The notes beneath the pieces were generated by a model that was not told the DNA's origin, searched no databases, and was given only the letters and a program-made list of their open reading frames with translations. A DNA stretch of 64,000 bases, taken from assembly GCF_037042905.1 (NCBI RefSeq), contig NC_087247.1, positions 19,282,001-19,346,000 on the forward strand, read 5' to 3'. The position numbers and the translations under genes were made by a program. This DNA is from Lytechinus pictus. Taxonomy: Eukaryota. Every line of letters starts with the position of its first letter. Positions within the stretch are counted from its first letter, which is position 1. Positions 34,289-46,054 of this stretch are shown piece by piece.

Positions 34289-36508
34289 TTTTTTGTCTTG
34301 CCTGAATGAAATTCGCCAGAGACCTAGTGATCACTTTTCCTGTTGGTCCGTTGGCCTATTACACAAATTTTAGTTTGTCTTTAAATTGCTCTCATTTCTT
34401 TATTTCTGCATCAATTATGTTCACACTTGGTACATATCGATCGGTGGGTAATACCACAAATATATTAATGAAGATGATGGGATCAAAGGTCATCTAGGGG
34501 TCAAAAGGTCAAGTTTTTGTTCAACTTGCTCTCATTTCTTTATTTGTGCATCAATTTTAATCACACTTGGTTCAAATGATCCTTGGGTAATACCACATAT
34601 GTGTTCATGAGGATGATGTTTCAAAGGTTATCTAGGGGTCAAAATGTAAAATGTCCATCCTTTTTCTTCTAGTTTTTGTCTCACCTGCATAGCAGAGTGA
34701 GACTATAGGCGCCGCTTTTGCGACGGCGGCGGCGGCGGCGTCAACATCAAATCTTAACCGAAGGTTAAGTTTTTGAAATGACATCATAACTTAGAAAGTA
34801 TATGGACCTAGTTCATGAAACTTGGCCATAAGGTTAATCAAGTATTACTGAACATCCTGCCTGAGTTTCAGGTCACATGACCAAGTTCAAAGGTCATTTA
34901 GGGTCAATGAACTTAGACCATGTTGGGGGAATCAACATCAAATCTTAACCAAAGGTTAAGTTTTTGAAATGTCATCATAACTTAGAAAATATATGGACCT
35001 AGTTCATGAACTTGGAGATAAGGTTAATCAAGTATAACTGAACATCCTGCCGGAGTTTCGAGTCACATGACCAAGGTCAGAGGTCATTTAGGGTCAATGA
35101 ACTTTGGCCAGATTGAGGGTATCTGTTGAATTACCATCATAACTTTAAAATTTTATGAATTTGATTCATGAAACTTGGACATAAGAGTAATCAAGTATCA
35201 CTGAACATCATGTGCGAATTTCAGGTCACATGATCAAGGTCAAAGGTCATTTAATGTCAATGAACTTTGGCCATGTTGGGGGTATTTGTTGAATTACCAT
35301 CATAACTTTAAAAGTTTATTGGTCTAGTTCATACAACTTGGACGTAAGAGTAATCAAGTATCACTGAACATCCTGTGCGAATTTCAGGTCACATGATAAA
35401 GGTCAATGAACTTTGTCCATTTTGGCGGGTATCTGTTGAATTACCATCATAACTTTGAAAGTTTATGGACCTGATTCATGAAACTTGGACATAAGAGTAA
35501 TCAAGTATCACTGAACATCCTGTGCGAATTTCAGGTCACATGATAAAGGTCAATGAACTTTGTCCATTTTGGCGGGTATCTGTTGAATTACCATCATAAC
35601 TTTGAAAGTTTATGGACCTGATTCATGAAACTTGGACATAAGAGTAATCAAGTATCATTAAACATTTTATGTCAGTTTTAGTTGACATGACCAAAGTCAA
35701 AGGTCATTTAAGGTCATTTAACTTTGGCCATTTTGGAGGTAGTTATTAGATTGCTGTCATAACTTTCAAAGTTTATAGATATAGTTTATAAAATGTGGAT
35801 TTAGGGGTAATCAAGTATCACTTAACATCCTGTGCCAGTCTCAGTTCACATATGACCAAGGTCAAAGGTCATTTCAGGTCAATGAACTTTGGCCATGTTG
35901 GGGGTATTTGTTAAATTACCATCATAACTCTGAAAGTGTATTGGTCTAGTTCATAAAATTTTGACATAAGAGTAATTAAGTATCATTGAACATCTCTTGC
36001 GAGTTTCAGGTCACATGACCAAAGTCAAAGGTCATTTAACTTTGGCAATTTTTAGGTAGTTATTAGATTGCTGTCATAACTTTCAAAGTTTATAGATATA
36101 GTTTATAAAATGATGATTATGGGGTAATCAAGTATCACTGACAAGTCTTAGGTCGCATGATCAAGGTCCAATGTCATTTATTGTCAATGAATGTAGTATT
36201 GTATCATTATATGAATGGTGTTTTTTGTAAATAATTATTTTATAGTAGTTTCCAAAGTCAGCACTGCTGCTATATATAGAATCGCAAGATGCAGGTGAGA
36301 CTGCCAGAGGCGCTCTACTTGTTGTTCAACTTTCTCATTTCTGTATCACTTGTGTTTACACTTGGTGCAAATTATCCTTGGGTAATACCACATGTGTGTT
36401 CGTGAGGATGATAAGGTCAAAGGTTCTCTAGGGGGTCAAAGATCATATTACATACTTTATTGATTGCAAATCAGGCGAGACTCGTGGTTTGCAAACCACC
36501 TTGTTTTT
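34289..36508 (+). mobile_element. Non-autonomous Helentron-like (HINE) element, outer
   Basis: T-run plus subTIR GTCTTGCCTGA, inverse TCAGGCGAGAC near the 3' end, 3' hairpin GTGGTTTGCAAACCAC, then CTTGTTTTT. Internal ~135-bp repeats. Confidence 0.7.
34673..36323 (+). mobile_element. Non-autonomous Helentron-like element with an internal satellite array, nested
   Basis: SubTIR GTCTCACCTGCAT / ATGCAGGTGAGAC, (GGC)n microsatellite, about 9 tandem 145-190-bp units containing AACTTGGACATAAGAGTAATCAAGTATCACTGAACATC, ending in CTTGTT. Confidence 0.8.
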
Positions 36509-38480
36509 CCACACTTTGACCAATTTAGCTATTTTCTGTCATCGTGTTACGTACAATTGTTATGCATATGACAATTCTTGGATATCAGTTGAATGAGGTT
36601 CTTATTAATGTTTGGTGGTGATTTTTTTATTAACCTGATTGTTAGGAAAGCATGAATGCTTGTAAGCAAGCAACCAGAGGACCGACGGCTTAAGGTCCTC
36701 TCCGATGGACCTGGTAATGAATAAAAATTCAGTTGATACATAATTATTGTGAAGGTTTGAGAACCAGCATCGGTGCTAATGTGAGGGCGTTTTTTGTTTT
36801 GTTTAATGACTACGCTACAGTCGCACCAAAAGAAACTGCTCCACCCATGATCAAAGTTACACATTATCTTGAATGGCTCATCATTGTTCGGTTTTGAAAC
36901 GGTCTTGTTGATGTGACTGTAGCACTTATAGAGCTGCACATTGAGGTTTGTCATATTTGTAGAAAATATTTTGAGAGAGGGGTTGGGGTAAATTCGTTTT
37001 TTTTTTTGCAATAATGATGTCATTCACTGTGAGCAACATGCATTTTTGCAGCCCTTTACTCTCCCGTTTATTTTCCAGCCTTCTAGCCCCTTTAGAAGAG
37101 CTGCTGAATATGCTTTATAAATGAAACGGCTACAAAATTGTGATCCCCCCATTTTGCACAGCTTTGCGTGCTGCACTGCCTGCCATTTCAGAGTTCTAAG
37201 AAGCCCCCCGATCCCCCGCTTACTGTCCCTACGTTTACTGCCGAAAACCCCATCCACATCATTCAAGCAGAAGGGTAAAACAAAAATAAATGAACAAAGG
37301 GCGAGCAATGATTTTCAACTCAATCTAAAAAAAATGTATTTTTTGATGATCAAACATGTTAGTAACAATCGCACATGAAAAAACAGCCGAAGCTGGAAAA
37401 TTCACGTTTACAAGTCAGTGTTGGCACAATAAATTACAGAGTAAAAAATGTACATTGTTTGCGAAATTCTAAGAAACTTACAATCCAATTTATGATCCAT
37501 GGTTTTATGTGCATATTTATCTTTTTTAAATGAGAATATTACAAACTAGTCTTGTGATTTCGTTGTTTGATTTCATGTTATTATTAAAATCATACCGTCA
37601 TATTATCCAAATGTTCCGAACTATGTTAACAATTTTAAGGATTTGCGAATGGTGATAAAAATGAATTCCAAAGTGCAAGAGTAATCAAACCGCCCTTTCT
37701 CACGGTAAAAAAAAATCGTAATTTGAATGGTGATTCCAGTGAAAAAAAAGGGCTAATGACGAATATTTAGCACGTGTGAAACCAAACTCGAACATGATTA
37801 GAATCACGAACGCTAATCACAGTCACGATTAGCAATCATCATTACAATGATGATTCAAGATTCACGTGTGAAAAAGCCCATTGTCCCTACTTTGCTGAAG
37901 TTTGCTCGCTCCCGTGTCGGGTGCATCTCGCTAGTACTAAATGTTGACTTGGTAATTAAGAATGTGGGAAATAACTTAAATTGCCATATAAACTTACTTA
38001 TACTTATGCCATGGTTCTCTAACATTTCGCGATCAGACGATCCATGACGGCATCATGACCATACGCATTAGAGCCAGGCGACTCCCCCCGAAATATTAAA
38101 ATCCTCTTTAATTTTCGTAGAAATTGAACCAAACTGTATTATATATCCTTCAGCTTTCCCAGGAGTCGGCTTGTTCGATTCGCTCATCCACTCGTATGTG
38201 TATTTTTAATTTCATTCAGAATTCTGCTAATTGCATATAAATCACGATTGGTCAATGGTCAAACTTCTCCAAAATCACACAGTCGATGCTTGCAAAGTTC
38301 CACAGATAAATTATTGTTCCAGATTACCTATCGCCAAACAAAAGTCACACTAGGAGATAGCACATACTTGCTACCCCCAAACTATGGAATTATACCCTAC
38401 CAATTGAAATAAGAAGATCTCCATCACGACCATCACTAACTATCTGTAAATCGAAATCGGAAACACACCTCTTTAGTTAA

Positions 38481-39156
38481 AGGTCAAGACCACCGCAGAA
38501 AATATATTGGTTTGAAGCAATTCAGCAAAATCAAACAATAATGTTGAAAGTTTCATAAAAATCGGGTGTAAAATAAAATAAAAAGTCATGACATTTTAAA
38601 GTTTTACTTATTTTTCACAAAACAGTTATATCCACAAATCAGTGACATGCAAATGAGCGAGTCGATGATGCCCCTCGCTCACTATTTTCTTTTTATTGTT
38701 TGAATTATACAATATTTTATTTCGAACAGATTTAACAATAAGGACCAACTTAAATAAACCATGATTTTTTTAATAGTAATTCCACATCTTCAGGGAGGAA
38801 TAAAATTGTGTTTTACAGGACAGCGATCAGAAAATTAGATATTGTATTCCATCATTATAAGAAAATACTAAAGAAATATGGAATGGGTGACATCATCAGT
38901 CCCATCATTAATACCGACCAGGATATGTTTTGTGAAATTAAGAGAAACTTTAAAATATCATAACTGGGCAATTTGATAAAATATGTACGTCCGACCCCCT
39001 TATCTGATGTGGGACCTTCTGGACGTACAAAAACGTTGATCATTTTATGGAATTACCCAACTTTCTTATTTTACATCCGATTTTCATGACATTTTCAGTG
39101 TTATGCCTATTGGATTTTTCTCCTTTATGCAAATCAACTTTGTCTTGGGTGTGTCC
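38481..39156. mobile_element. Kolobok-type MITE (TTAA target)
   Basis: TTAA|AGGTCAAG...GTCC|TTAA with long imperfect TIRs (CATCCGATTTT / AAAATCGGGTG). Same family as ~44500-44735 and 56789-57372. Confidence 0.7.
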
Positions 39157-39510
39157 TTAAGAAAACTGCTGTGAAGGCCTACATAATTATAGAAATAGGT
39201 CAAATGAGCTCTGAACAAGCGTAGCTGATTATATTCTATGTAAAAGCTGCGCTATGTAAATTTATGTGTATTATTTTATCATATTTTATCGGGTTTTTTT
39301 TACGAAGTATAAATGCTCGTCTGTAAAATTGTACGTGATTTATAATTACTTTGTATTATGTTTTGAATGGAAATGGAATAAAGAATTGAATTGAATATTT
39401 TTTAAAATCTGAGTAATTTTTACTCCACCCCCCCCCCTCCCCCCCCCCCCGGCTACCACCTCCAGATCTAGATCCGAAATATGGGGTCATTCCCAAAGAG
39501 TTACCCTGAT

Positions 39511-40149
39511 TTACATCTCTATCACATGTGTACCGCTGGTGTTACAACCCTTTATGAAAGTAGTTATGACAGATCTAAAGTCCTTGAGTCTCCACCAGTA
39601 AATCAGGCTGTTAGCTATATAATTAGTAATAACCATCGTCTCTTGTATATACACTATGCAGAAGTGAAGTTCCAACGGTAATGTGTAGTGAATGAGATAA
39701 CGACAGAGCCCAAAACCAACTGGGTAAAGCATAAACAGGACAGTTGTCCCCATGACCATACAGAATGTCCGCAGGACTCGTTGGTTCTCTTTCTTCCTCT
39801 CTTCCAGTTGGATGTTGCCGTTGGATTCGACCCGAGCAACGGAGCGATAGATGAAGATATAGCAGATAGATGTTGCCACGAGAGAGACAACGATGATGCA
39901 GGAATACATTATATCATATTGGTAAGAAAACCGATAAACAGCTATCCCCAGCCCTGCCACAATGAACCAGGTTACGGCACAGGTGATGATACATCGAGGA
40001 GTCGTAATGATGTTTTTCACCCCAAACGGGTCGATTCGGATGGTGATAAGCTGATAGATAGCGACCAGTAAGATACTCATGTTGGACACAATGACAGTCA
40101 TGACTAGGATGCTGGGCAATGCCAGCAGATCAGTTGCGTAAATGATGCC
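39511..40149 (-). CDS. Divergent class A GPCR (echinoid 'surreal'/chemoreceptor-like), exon 2 (TM3-TM7)
   Basis: Acceptor atacag|GGC after a long pyrimidine tract, in frame with ORF 39511-40119. Hydrophobic helices, KENQRVLRTF before TM6, and NSLIYWWR in TM7. Confidence 0.8.
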   Translation of the reverse strand, partial: GIIYATDLLALPSILVMTVIVSNMSILLVAIYQLITIRIDPFGVKNIITTPRCIITCAVTWFIVAGLGIAVYRFSYQYDIMYSCIIVVSLVATSICYIFIYRSVARVESNGNIQLEERKKENQRVLRTFCMVMGTTVLFMLYPVGFGLCRYLIHYTLPLELHFCIVYIQETMVITNYIANSLIYWWRLKDFRSVITTFIKGCNTSGTHVIEM

Positions 40150-40550
40150 CTGTATTTTTTCAAGATTCAGAACGGGAGAAAAGGGGAGCAGGTGAAGAAG
40201 AGGTAGAAGGAAGAAGAGGTACGAAAGAAAGAAAGAATGAAAGAAAAAGAATGAGGAAATAAAATGTCATAATCTAACTATAGCTAACGTAATTTGATGG
40301 CAGTGATTGAAATGAAACGAGGCCTACATTAAATTAAATTTCGAAATCAAGGTATTTTTTTGAATTACCACAAAAGATAATGAACTTATGGTTATTTTTA
40401 GATCTAGCATTTAATAATTCCCATTTTTATATCAACAAAAACCTGGAGAAACATAATATGACATATTACATAATATATTCTATAATAGGCATAATACTTA
40501 TATATGATACATTCATGCCAGCCCCAATAACTCAGATTGTAAAAACATAC

Positions 40551-40772
40551 CTGATTGTGATATCTCATGATCTCGATAAATGCGTATGCGAGTACGCCCG
40601 TTAAATCAGCGAGAGTAAGGTTAAAAGGGAATATATAATGTTGTTTACGTAATCGTGGACGAGAGAGTATAAGAAGTAATGTTGACATGGTCAAGATGAG
40701 TGCAATCACGAGTTCCATTGCTTTGATTACAAACAAAGTAGCTTGGCATCCGCCCATTACACTTAATGCCAT
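40551..40772 (-). CDS. Divergent class A GPCR, exon 1 (TM1-TM2)
   Basis: RLRKQHYIFPFNLTLADL is the class A ICL1/TM2 signature. Donor CAG|gtatgt, phase 0. The joined protein is 286 aa. Confidence 0.8.
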
Positions 40773-41216
40773 TGTAAAAAAAAAGATGCAATTTGTTCTT
40801 CTTCGTCAAATATTTGACAATTCTGCCGATGTAATCTGCCTTTCTTCTACAAATTATTAGTATCTAGATGAACGATGACAGAAAAATTGTAAAATAGAAA
40901 AATGAAAATCCATCTATACAGGTGTTTGCATCTAAATCTCCAAAGTTTAAAATGTTTTCAGTAACAGACTGAAATTTAAAAAAAATTTAATCAAAAAATG
41001 CAGGGCTGAAAATGATTTTTGTTTTCCCCTAAAAAATATGAAGTTTCTTCCGAATGCGACGTGTACCTTATTTTGTTGCTCTGAGAGAAACTGGGTGGGA
41101 GTTGTAATTTTTATAAATAAGAGTGTGGATGTAGAAAACAAAAGCCCTGTTGCCATGACAGCGGTGTAAATAATTCGAGTCGATTGGTTTGCAGGTTATA
41201 CCATTGTTGTTAGCGA

Positions 41217-41358
41217 ATACCTCAGTCACATTTGGTTTACGGCGGTCGTACGGCGATTCGAAAGCATCCGTCTTATTCATTTTTATTCAAACCATGCACC
41301 TATGGCTGTTTTCGACTCGCCGTACGGCCGCCGTAGGGGAAATGTGACTGAGGTATTA
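41217..41358. mobile_element. Short MITE (partial copy at ~21465-21519)
   Basis: TIR AATACCTCAGTCACATTT / AAATGTGACTGAGGTATT with further inverted sequence inside. Confidence 0.65.
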
Positions 41359-42292
41359 CTCAACAAGCATGACCAACAGTAATGGCACCTTAGAAGTGGA
41401 CACGGACATCGGAATTGAAAAACTAATTAATACAATCTTATGATATTGATTACTTTCCCCTTTTACACATATTTTTCATGCAGAAACGTATTCTGATTGT
41501 GAAAATAGCTGTTTGCATTCAATTCCTCTATTGACAACGCACGATCGGCTATAAAGCTGATTTCTGCTGAGTTTTATTTTTATATTTTTTTAGGGAGTAG
41601 TCCTAATTAAAGTTCTAAGTACATAAAAGCTTTATTCTTAAAAACAACATAATGAACCATAAGTAAATAATTATTTTACCATCTTAAAATTGAGCATTCT
41701 GATTAATTTTTGTAACCAACATATGGGTATCTAACTCGCAAAGCGCAAAGTGCAAACTAGAAAACACATATTTTTTTACCTGAAAATTGGACTTTCAAAG
41801 CATTATTAATTTGTATGGGCATCTATTGATCCGAGCGCGAGCTGTTATTTTTCTTTTGAAAACTGGATAATCTAAGCACGTTTATAGATAAAGAACAAGT
41901 TGTGTCCACTGGCATAGACAGGGGGCTAGGTGGCCAGGGACTATCTATTCATCCTCTTAAAAAGGACAGGAAGGGGGAAGAGAAGAAAGGAAAAAACCGT
42001 AAAAAGAGACAAAAGTGAATGCAAGAGGATGGGAATAATTGGAAAGTACAAAACAAAAATTCAGGTAATTATATAAAGCTAAAACTATTGGCCGCGCTCC
42101 CAAGTAGTTTACTTCAGTGGATATGAGGGACTAAAATATTTCGTTTTCAATTCAATTTGCACAAATTATTGGGCTCACGATTCGAGTTTTCATTATTTTG
42201 ATCAACGAGATCTGCACCCTACTCATGATTTAAAAATTGCTCAATATAGAAGTTCTCCGACTCGCGCTACGCGCTCGCATTATCATTGGTTA

Positions 42293-43467
42293 AGCCCCTT
42301 TCACAATTGACGTACGACCACTTGCGACCTTTTGGTCGTGCGACAGGCTGCAACAGGCATCAATCGCCAGTCATCTCATAATATCGCACATAGGCTTTCA
42401 CAGTTGCAACAGCTGTCGTACAACAAAAACAACCAGTAAAACCCGTTGCACGAGTAAGTCGATTATGATCCTATTGTGCTCGTGCGATCACATGCGAGTG
42501 TTGCACGAGGGATTGCGAGGGGAACGGTCGCACACAACGGTAGTGCAATGTTGTAAGCCGTTGCGATCGGTCTTGCAACAGTCTTATGGCACATCATATT
42601 ATCGCACCCAGTCGCAAGACAGGTCTCTGTACATGTAGGTCGCTAGCACATGTGCAAGTGTTGTACGACCTCCAGTCGAGTAAATGCGACTACTTAGTTG
42701 TGCCACCTCTCGCACCAAGTCGTGCAACGTTGAACAACACTCCCACGATGATCGCCCGACCGATGGTATGACCCCGGATACGAGCTGATGCGAGTGAATC
42801 GGTCGTATTTGATCGCGTTCGGATTTTGAACATGTTCAAAGTTCAGATGTGACCAGTCACGACCACCTCGAGTTCGTGCGACCGTCTACAACGACTGCGA
42901 GTGCTCGCAAGTCACCAAGAGATCGATCGTGCAACAGCAGAAAAAAACTGTTGCAGGCGGTCGTAAACTGGTCGGATGTCAATTGTGAAAGGGGCTGTAC
43001 GGTCGCATACATGCGAATGCAACGGTAGTGGAATGTTGTAAGCCGTAATTTCGATCGGTCTTGCAACAGTCTTATATTATCGCAACCAGTCGCAAGACTG
43101 GTCTCTGTAGGTATCTAGCGCATGTGCAAGTGTTGTACGACCTCCAGTCGACTAAATGCGACTATACGTAGTTGTGTCACCTCTCGCACCAAGTCGTACA
43201 ACGTTGAACAACACTCACACGATGATCGCCCGACCGATGGTACGACCTGATGCGAGTAAACCAATCGTATTTGATCGCGTTTGGATTTTGAACATGTTCA
43301 GATTCAGATGCGACCAGTCACGACCACCTCCGACCACCTCAAATTCGTGCGTTCGTCTACAACCACTGCGAGTGCTCGCAAGACACCAAGAGATCGATCG
43401 TGCAACAACAAGAAAAATCTGTTGCAGGCGGTCGTAAACAGGTCGTACGTCAATTGTGAAAGGGGCT
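42293..43467. mobile_element. PIF/Harbinger-type non-autonomous element with a duplicated 3' half
   Basis: TIR AGCCCCTTTCACAATTGACGTACGACC / GGTCGTACGTCAATTGTGAAAGGGGCT, TTA TSD on both sides. An internal extra right TIR lies at ~42970-42997. Confidence 0.8.
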
Positions 43468-45606
43468 TTAGCGAGATACGTATATGCTCTTCCCGAACTC
43501 CCACAAGCAGTCCTTGAAATGTTCCCTTTTCGGGTCAGTATAGGCATATATCAAACATTTTCAGCACTTTGAATTCACATTAATTGTTTCTAGTCAGATA
43601 CTCATCCTGTTAATGATAACAAAAAGGTCCATATAATGTCCCGTTTTTAGGATAAATCCCCCCCCCCTTAAAAAAGTCTGCTCGCTCTTCGTGCTCGCAT
43701 CATTAATGTCATCCATATTTTCTTAATAATGCTTATTTTGTATTTTGCAGGGGCAGGTGAGCCAGATCTACAAGGCACTGGGAACGAATTTTTGACTGGG
43801 GGTGCTGACGTGAATTTGAAAAGCAAAAAAAAAGGTTTTCACTACAAAATGGAGATTAAATTGGTGTCGAAAATTTTGAAAAGCATAAAAAGTGAGTTCA
43901 CTAGACAATGTTACACTTTTCAATTTTTACACATCTTCCAGAATACCTGGGGGTGCTGCATATGGAGAATAACACCCATACACCCAAAGAAATACCTCCA
44001 GCACCCCCGCTTCCTAGGGCCCTGCAGTTCTAAACCCGAAGACATTGACATGGACAAACCCACGTCGGCAAAATGTTCGACAAAACACAGAAAGGTCTCT
44101 GGTGCAGATTTTTTTAAATGCTTTTTAGCCTTTATTCAGATAATATCACATGAAGCAGATAACCTGCTTCCAAGATTGAAGAGCGCCATCTACTCAAACA
44201 ACCCGGTCAAGCTAGCTGACAACCTTGGAAATAGATTAGGGTAGAAGCACCTCCATGCATGATCAAAATAATGCAACCAACCTCATTTCTACTCCTCAAG
44301 ACCCCCCCCCCCCCCGCCTATACTATGTGATGACCATCTGTACTCCATGCGAAGATGCTGCCTCATTGCTGTCAAAAATTAACTGCAAAAATTGAAATAC
44401 ATGTGTATTCTGTTATTTCATCATGATAATAGTTTGTCATGTCATTGACTTTCTCATTTACCCCCCGTCTTGTTTATTTTGTGAACATAAGACATAAGCG
44501 AAAAAATGAATATAATTCAAACAATAAAAACAAAAGAAATAGTGAATGGGAGAAATCATCGTCTGTTTCATTTGCATGTCTGTGCTAGAACTGTTTTGTG
44601 AAAAATAAGCGAAACTCTAAAATGTCATAACTTTCTTATTTTATACCCGATTTTGATGAGATTTTCAGAGTTATGCTAGTTTGATTTTTCCCTATTTATT
44701 CAAATCAACATTTTCTGGGTGGACTTGACCTTTAAACATTTGAAATATTAATTTTATTTTGACCAGTAACTTACATTATTAGTCAACTTTTTGAACTTCC
44801 ACCTTCCCTGATTACTGATGGAAAGGTATCGCCATTAAAAATAATTAGGCCTACATAACTCGTGCTGGAATTTATAGACTTTTTAAGTGTTTTAAGTAGG
44901 CCTATAGAGATTTTGGAAAAATGCTTGTGGCCTGTGTACTAAATGTAAAATGTTTTTCTAGAAAATTTTTCATAGTGGTTTTAAAAAATATTCTACTAAC
45001 ACAAGTCATGTTTTATTCACTTCGAATCTGTAGGAATTAAATTTCTGAACGACAATGTGTTGGCAAAACTATGTTTCTTCTCTACTTCAAAATCGAATAT
45101 TATGGCAGAGGCCCTGGCTACTTTTTTATAAACATAATGGGAAATATAACGGTATAGACAAGAAAAGGTTTAAGAATTATGTCTTTGTAAAAAGTCGGTC
45201 TAAATCTTTTTTGTTTGTCGATTTTACGCGATTCCTTTTCGAGATTATGACCTTTTCGAGATTATGACCTTTTATACGCCAATTTAAGACCGAAATAATG
45301 CACCGCTATGCGACATCTGTATCATTAGCATAACAAAAGATAAAAGGAATGCGTGCTCGCGTTCGTTTAGCGCAGAACTGCTCTTTTACAATGACAGGTT
45401 TTCGTGAAATTCGCTCGTTCAGTGCAAAGTAAACACCAGGCATTTCACGGCTCAGTCCATATCTGCAGCAACTCGGAACGTTCATATTCGTTTGTTCATA
45501 TACACGCAGGTAGAGTCGGAATATTATTCTGCATGCGACGAATGGTGCCAATATTTCGTCGCCATCCGTGCTTGTAATCTTGTAGAGGATATCTCGTCTA
45601 CTGAAG

Positions 45607-46054
45607 ATGGCAAACGAACAGACTAAAGAAGAGACTTATGCTTATTACTACCACACGAATTACATCAGAAATGCCCGTGCCATCGCCATCGCCTGGGCCA
45701 TTTTTACCCTCTGCTTCTTCATCATAGTTTTGGTGGTGTTTGTTCAGCCATACTGGCTCGGGGACGGACCCAATGCCAATGGAATAGGGAACTTTGGACT
45801 ATATCGATACTGCACGAGTTACAGTACGACAGGTGCTGAGCCAACAACATGCGAGGGAGGGGTGTTTGATTTCTCCGGTGTGAGGGGGGCTGATGGTTTA
45901 GTGGTATCATCAATGGTTGCAGCCACTGTCTTCGTAGGTCTTGCTGTTATTTTCGTGGCCTTATCCATTATTTCCATGCTCCTCTTTCTCTGTAAAGGCC
46001 CATTCAAGACGGGTACAGTGTTCGCCATTTGCGGAGTTTTCCAGTTACTTTCAG
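45607..46054 (+). CDS. LHFPL3: LHFPL tetraspan (LHFPL3/4/5, TMHS family), exon 1
   Basis: YHTNYIRNARAIAIAWAIFTLCFFII...QPYWLGD...GNFGLYRYC matches the LHFPL3/4/5 signature NYVRNSRAIGVLWAIFTICF...QPYWIGD...GYFGLFHYC. Donor G|gtactg, phase 1. Confidence 0.92.

Noticed and set aside
36547-37378. ORFs of 85-158 aa and a possible SINE fragment near 36620-36715
   Set aside because: No recognisable domain or splice-consistent structure, and no tRNA-like A/B box head for the SINE.
39654-40071. Alternative-frame and antisense ORFs overlapping the GPCR exon (likewise 22639-24830, 45722-46175, 63252-63628)
   Set aside because: Shadow ORFs of real coding exons.
43729-44244. 171-aa ORF upstream of LHFPL
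   Set aside because: It runs through a MITE-like sequence and shows no family motif.
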